From assembly GCA_964016885.1 (NCBI GenBank), contig OZ024740.1, positions 168,950,001-169,014,000 on the forward strand: a DNA stretch of 64,000 nt, given 5' to 3'. The notes under the pieces were generated by a model. That model did not search any database and was not told the DNA's origin. It saw only the letters and a program-made list of their open reading frames with translations. A program made the position numbers and the translations under genes. This stretch comes from Eledone cirrhosa (taxonomy: Eukaryota). Below are positions 61,201 to 64,000 of this stretch, in pieces (positions within the stretch are counted from its first letter, which is position 1; each line of letters starts with the position of its first letter).

Positions 61201-62073
61201 CTGGGTGGAAAAAGTTCAGAGAGCTTATACCACTATTAGCCGCTAAAGGGTTCTCCCTAAAAATGAAAGGCAGGTTGTACGATGCCTGCATACGAACAGC
61301 AATGTAGCATGGCAGTGAGACCTGGGCATTGTGTGCAGAGGATATACGCAGACTAGAGAGAAACGAAGCTTGCATGCTCCGCTGGATGTGTAATAGTAAT
61401 ATACATGAACGACAAAGCATAAACGAACTAAGGAAAAAATTAGAAATAAGAGGGATCAGATGTTGTTTACTCGAGAGAAGGCTACGTTGGTATGGTCACG
61501 TGATGCGCATGAAGGACGATAGCTGTATAACAAAGTGCAGGGCAATAAAGATAGCCGGTAGCCACGGAATAGGCAGACCCAGAAAAACCTGGGACGAGCT
61601 GATAAACTCCGACCTCACACACTTACACCTCACCAAGACAATGTCACTGGACCGAGACCTTTGGCGGTACTCAGTAATAGAGAAGACCCGCCTTACCTAA
61701 ATACAAAGTAAAACCTACTACAGTCAGTAGGCATCTCTAACAAAATACCCCCCCCCCCCATCCACACCGCCCCCTTCTATGTAAAGTTGTGTTGGTGCCA
61801 CACCATCCAGGCCGAAACAAATGAGATCGTGTAGGTGTCACGACAAAAAAACACAGTCCACGCTGTAATGTGGCCGTGTAGGCAACACGGTAAAAACCTC
61901 CCAGACCCACACTGTAAATGTGGTTGGTGTTAGGAAGGGCATCCAACTGTAGAAAACCTGCCAGACAGTCCTATGCGAGCAAGACAATCACTCTTGCCTC
62001 AAGTGGGAAAACCCCCGTCCAAACCCATGTAAGCGTGGAACATGGACGTTAAACGTTGATGATGATGATGATG
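58263..62073 (+). mobile_element. RTE LINE, apparently full length, recently inactivated
   Basis: A single APE-RT frame (58680-61700) broken only by stops at 59640, 60168 and 61305; PHD-like Cys/His cluster inside the RT; ~370-bp 3'UTR; (GAT)n tail. Confidence 0.94.
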
Positions 62074-62269
62074 ATATGGCCCCTTTCTCCTTATGTTTGT
62101 GGTAGGTACAATCTTTTTACATCTGATTTTAGATGTTGTATTCTAAATATAGTAATTATTTTTCTTGTTTTTCTATCTATTCTTGCTAGATTATTTAAGT
62201 GTCCATTTCAGAACATTAAAACTGTAGCTTATTATTGGGATCACTAGAATATTGATGCCAATTACCTTA

Positions 62270-63060
62270 TTCTTTGCATTTAGTTCTGTTTTAAGTAGTA
62301 ATCTATAGTATTCCTTTCTAATCTTTTCTTTCATCTCTGTGTTTGTTGATTCCTCTGTCTAGTTTGTTGATTCCTAAGTATCTGTATTTCTGTGTTTGAT
62401 CTAATTCTCTTCTCTTAGGTTTCTTTATCTAGCATGATATTAGTGTTTTTCACTAGTTTTCCTCTCTTCAGAGTTGCCTTGGTGTATTTTTGTAGTCCAA
62501 AGTTCATGCTTATTTCTTTTTTGAACTCATGTACTGTCTGGAACAAGGTTTTGAGTTGTCTCTCATCAGCAGCATACAGCTTTAGACCATCCCTATACAT
62601 GAGATGGTTAATTTTCTTGTTGTAGCATTTATACTCCAGTCAAGTTCTGTTTAATGTCTCAGGTAATGGTGTCTAGGCAGAAAAGCAGTGGTGATAGGGA
62701 ATCCCCTTCAAATATGCCTCTGTTGATTGAGACGCGCTTAGTTTTTATAGTTCCATCTTTCATTTGTATCTGCAGAACTGTTTGCCTCTTGCTTATGGCA
62801 TGCTTGATAAATGTTTTTATTATTCGTGCTATTATATTCATTGCTAGTGTGTTCAGTATCCATGTTTGAGGAACATTGTCAAATGCCATGCTGAGGTTTT
62901 TTTTTTTTTTTCAGTTTTCGATTATAGCTTTGTTGGTTAGAAACACATCTTTACAGTCATATGAGCCTTGCAGCATGCTAGCTGTTATTCTGGAAGCAGG
63001 TTGTTTTTTTCTTTTTCAGGTGTTTGGTCAGTTTCTGCAACACTATTGCAATTAAAATTT
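62270..63060 (-). mobile_element. Dong/R4-like RT fragment
   Basis: AFDNVPQTWI, RGIFEGDSLSPLLF, DGLKLYA, YRYLG. Confidence 0.8.
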
Positions 63061-63189
63061 ATTATTATTGTTCATTTTTGTAAATCTGAGATACTTAGAT
63101 CTTAAATGATCTGAATATTTCAGTTAGGGAGCAGTAATCAATTTGACAAAGGTCCCTCATTGCATTCTCTCCTGTGTTTTACATAGACA

Positions 63190-63580
63190 AGACTTTCTTT
63201 AAAATCCTTGCTCTCCCAAGATGTGCTGTCTACTGATGAGCGGTAACCTTGCATAAATTCTGATTCTATTTACACAATCCTCAAAACTGTCTGATATGCA
63301 TCCCAATTCTCCGATCACCACTGGAATCACTAAAACCTTCGTCATCCCCCACAACTTTCCAACCTCCTCCTTCAGTGATTCGTACTTCTCCATCTTTTCA
63401 TGCTCTTTATTCTTCACTCTACTGTCTCCTGGGAGAGATATAACAATAATATAGGCCTCTTTTTTCTTATTCTTCACAACTAAAAGGTCTGGCTTTTTTG
63501 TCTCAATCATTCTATCGCATTGAATAGTGAAGTCCCACAAAAGGTTAAATTCATCATTCCCTAACACCATTTCTGGGAAT
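63190..63580 (-). mobile_element. Dong/R4-like RLE endonuclease fragment (separate copy)
   Basis: LLWDFTIQCDRMIETKKPDLLVV..EKMEKY..VIPVVIG. Confidence 0.8.
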
Positions 63581-64000
63581 CGTTCCAGATTATGCACTTG
63601 GTCCGTCAAGGACACCTTCTCTCCTCCCTTCTCTACATATTGACTCGTTATTACTGCAGAAGCTGGAGCTATTGCAAGGCATCCTTCTCAAACTGAGACA
63701 TGGAAGGGCTGCATCAGCATACGTGAACAATGTCATTGGGAAGGTGTTGAACTCCTCAGAAATTGAGTTGGTCATCAACTTCTTAGAAGAATATGAAAGG
63801 TTGATGGGAGCAATATCAACATGAAGAAGTTGGTGGGTTTGTAGATCAGCATCTGGAGAGGCAAATCCATTGCTGTTCAACAGTGGCATTGGACACTGGA
63901 CAGACAGACCAGTGAAGTTGCTCAGGATCTGATTTCATTTGGAAAAGAAGGAGAGGGTGGAGAGGGAAGTGCTGCCCCCCTCCCAAGTACATTTGTTAAA

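Noticed and set aside
34000-64000. A third host gene in the right half of the window
   Set aside because: I found no non-TE coding exons; small or non-coding exons cannot be excluded by eye.

Overview
AT-rich, microsatellite- and retroelement-dense animal genomic DNA; the SINE/RTE repertoire suggests an octopod cephalopod (inference). Two spliced genes lie head-to-head. SMG9 (NMD factor, minus strand) has 6 coding exons from 13547 to 954 and continues off the left edge. TBRG1 (FYRN/FYRC protein, plus strand) is complete, with 8 coding exons from 15963 to 33632, 341 aa. The rest is almost all transposon-derived: two inverted copies of one CR1-type LINE, many RTE LINEs (one near full length with a PHD-like finger inside the RT), Dong/R4-type RLE elements, Penelope-like remnants, two tRNA-headed SINE families, Tigger- and piggyBac-like MITEs, a Helitron 3' end and a solo LTR. 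The most notable signals are candidate self-cleaving RNAs: two well-formed minimal hammerhead ribozymes in Penelope-type terminal repeats (39972-40031, 51218-51268) and an HDV-like fold at the 5' end of a ~670-bp bipartite non-autonomous RTE derivative (54803-55474). There is also evidence of SINE/LINE tail swapping and of a 5'-inverted RTE insertion. All family assignments come from recognising motifs by eye; no searches were run, and TE boundaries without a TSD are approximate.
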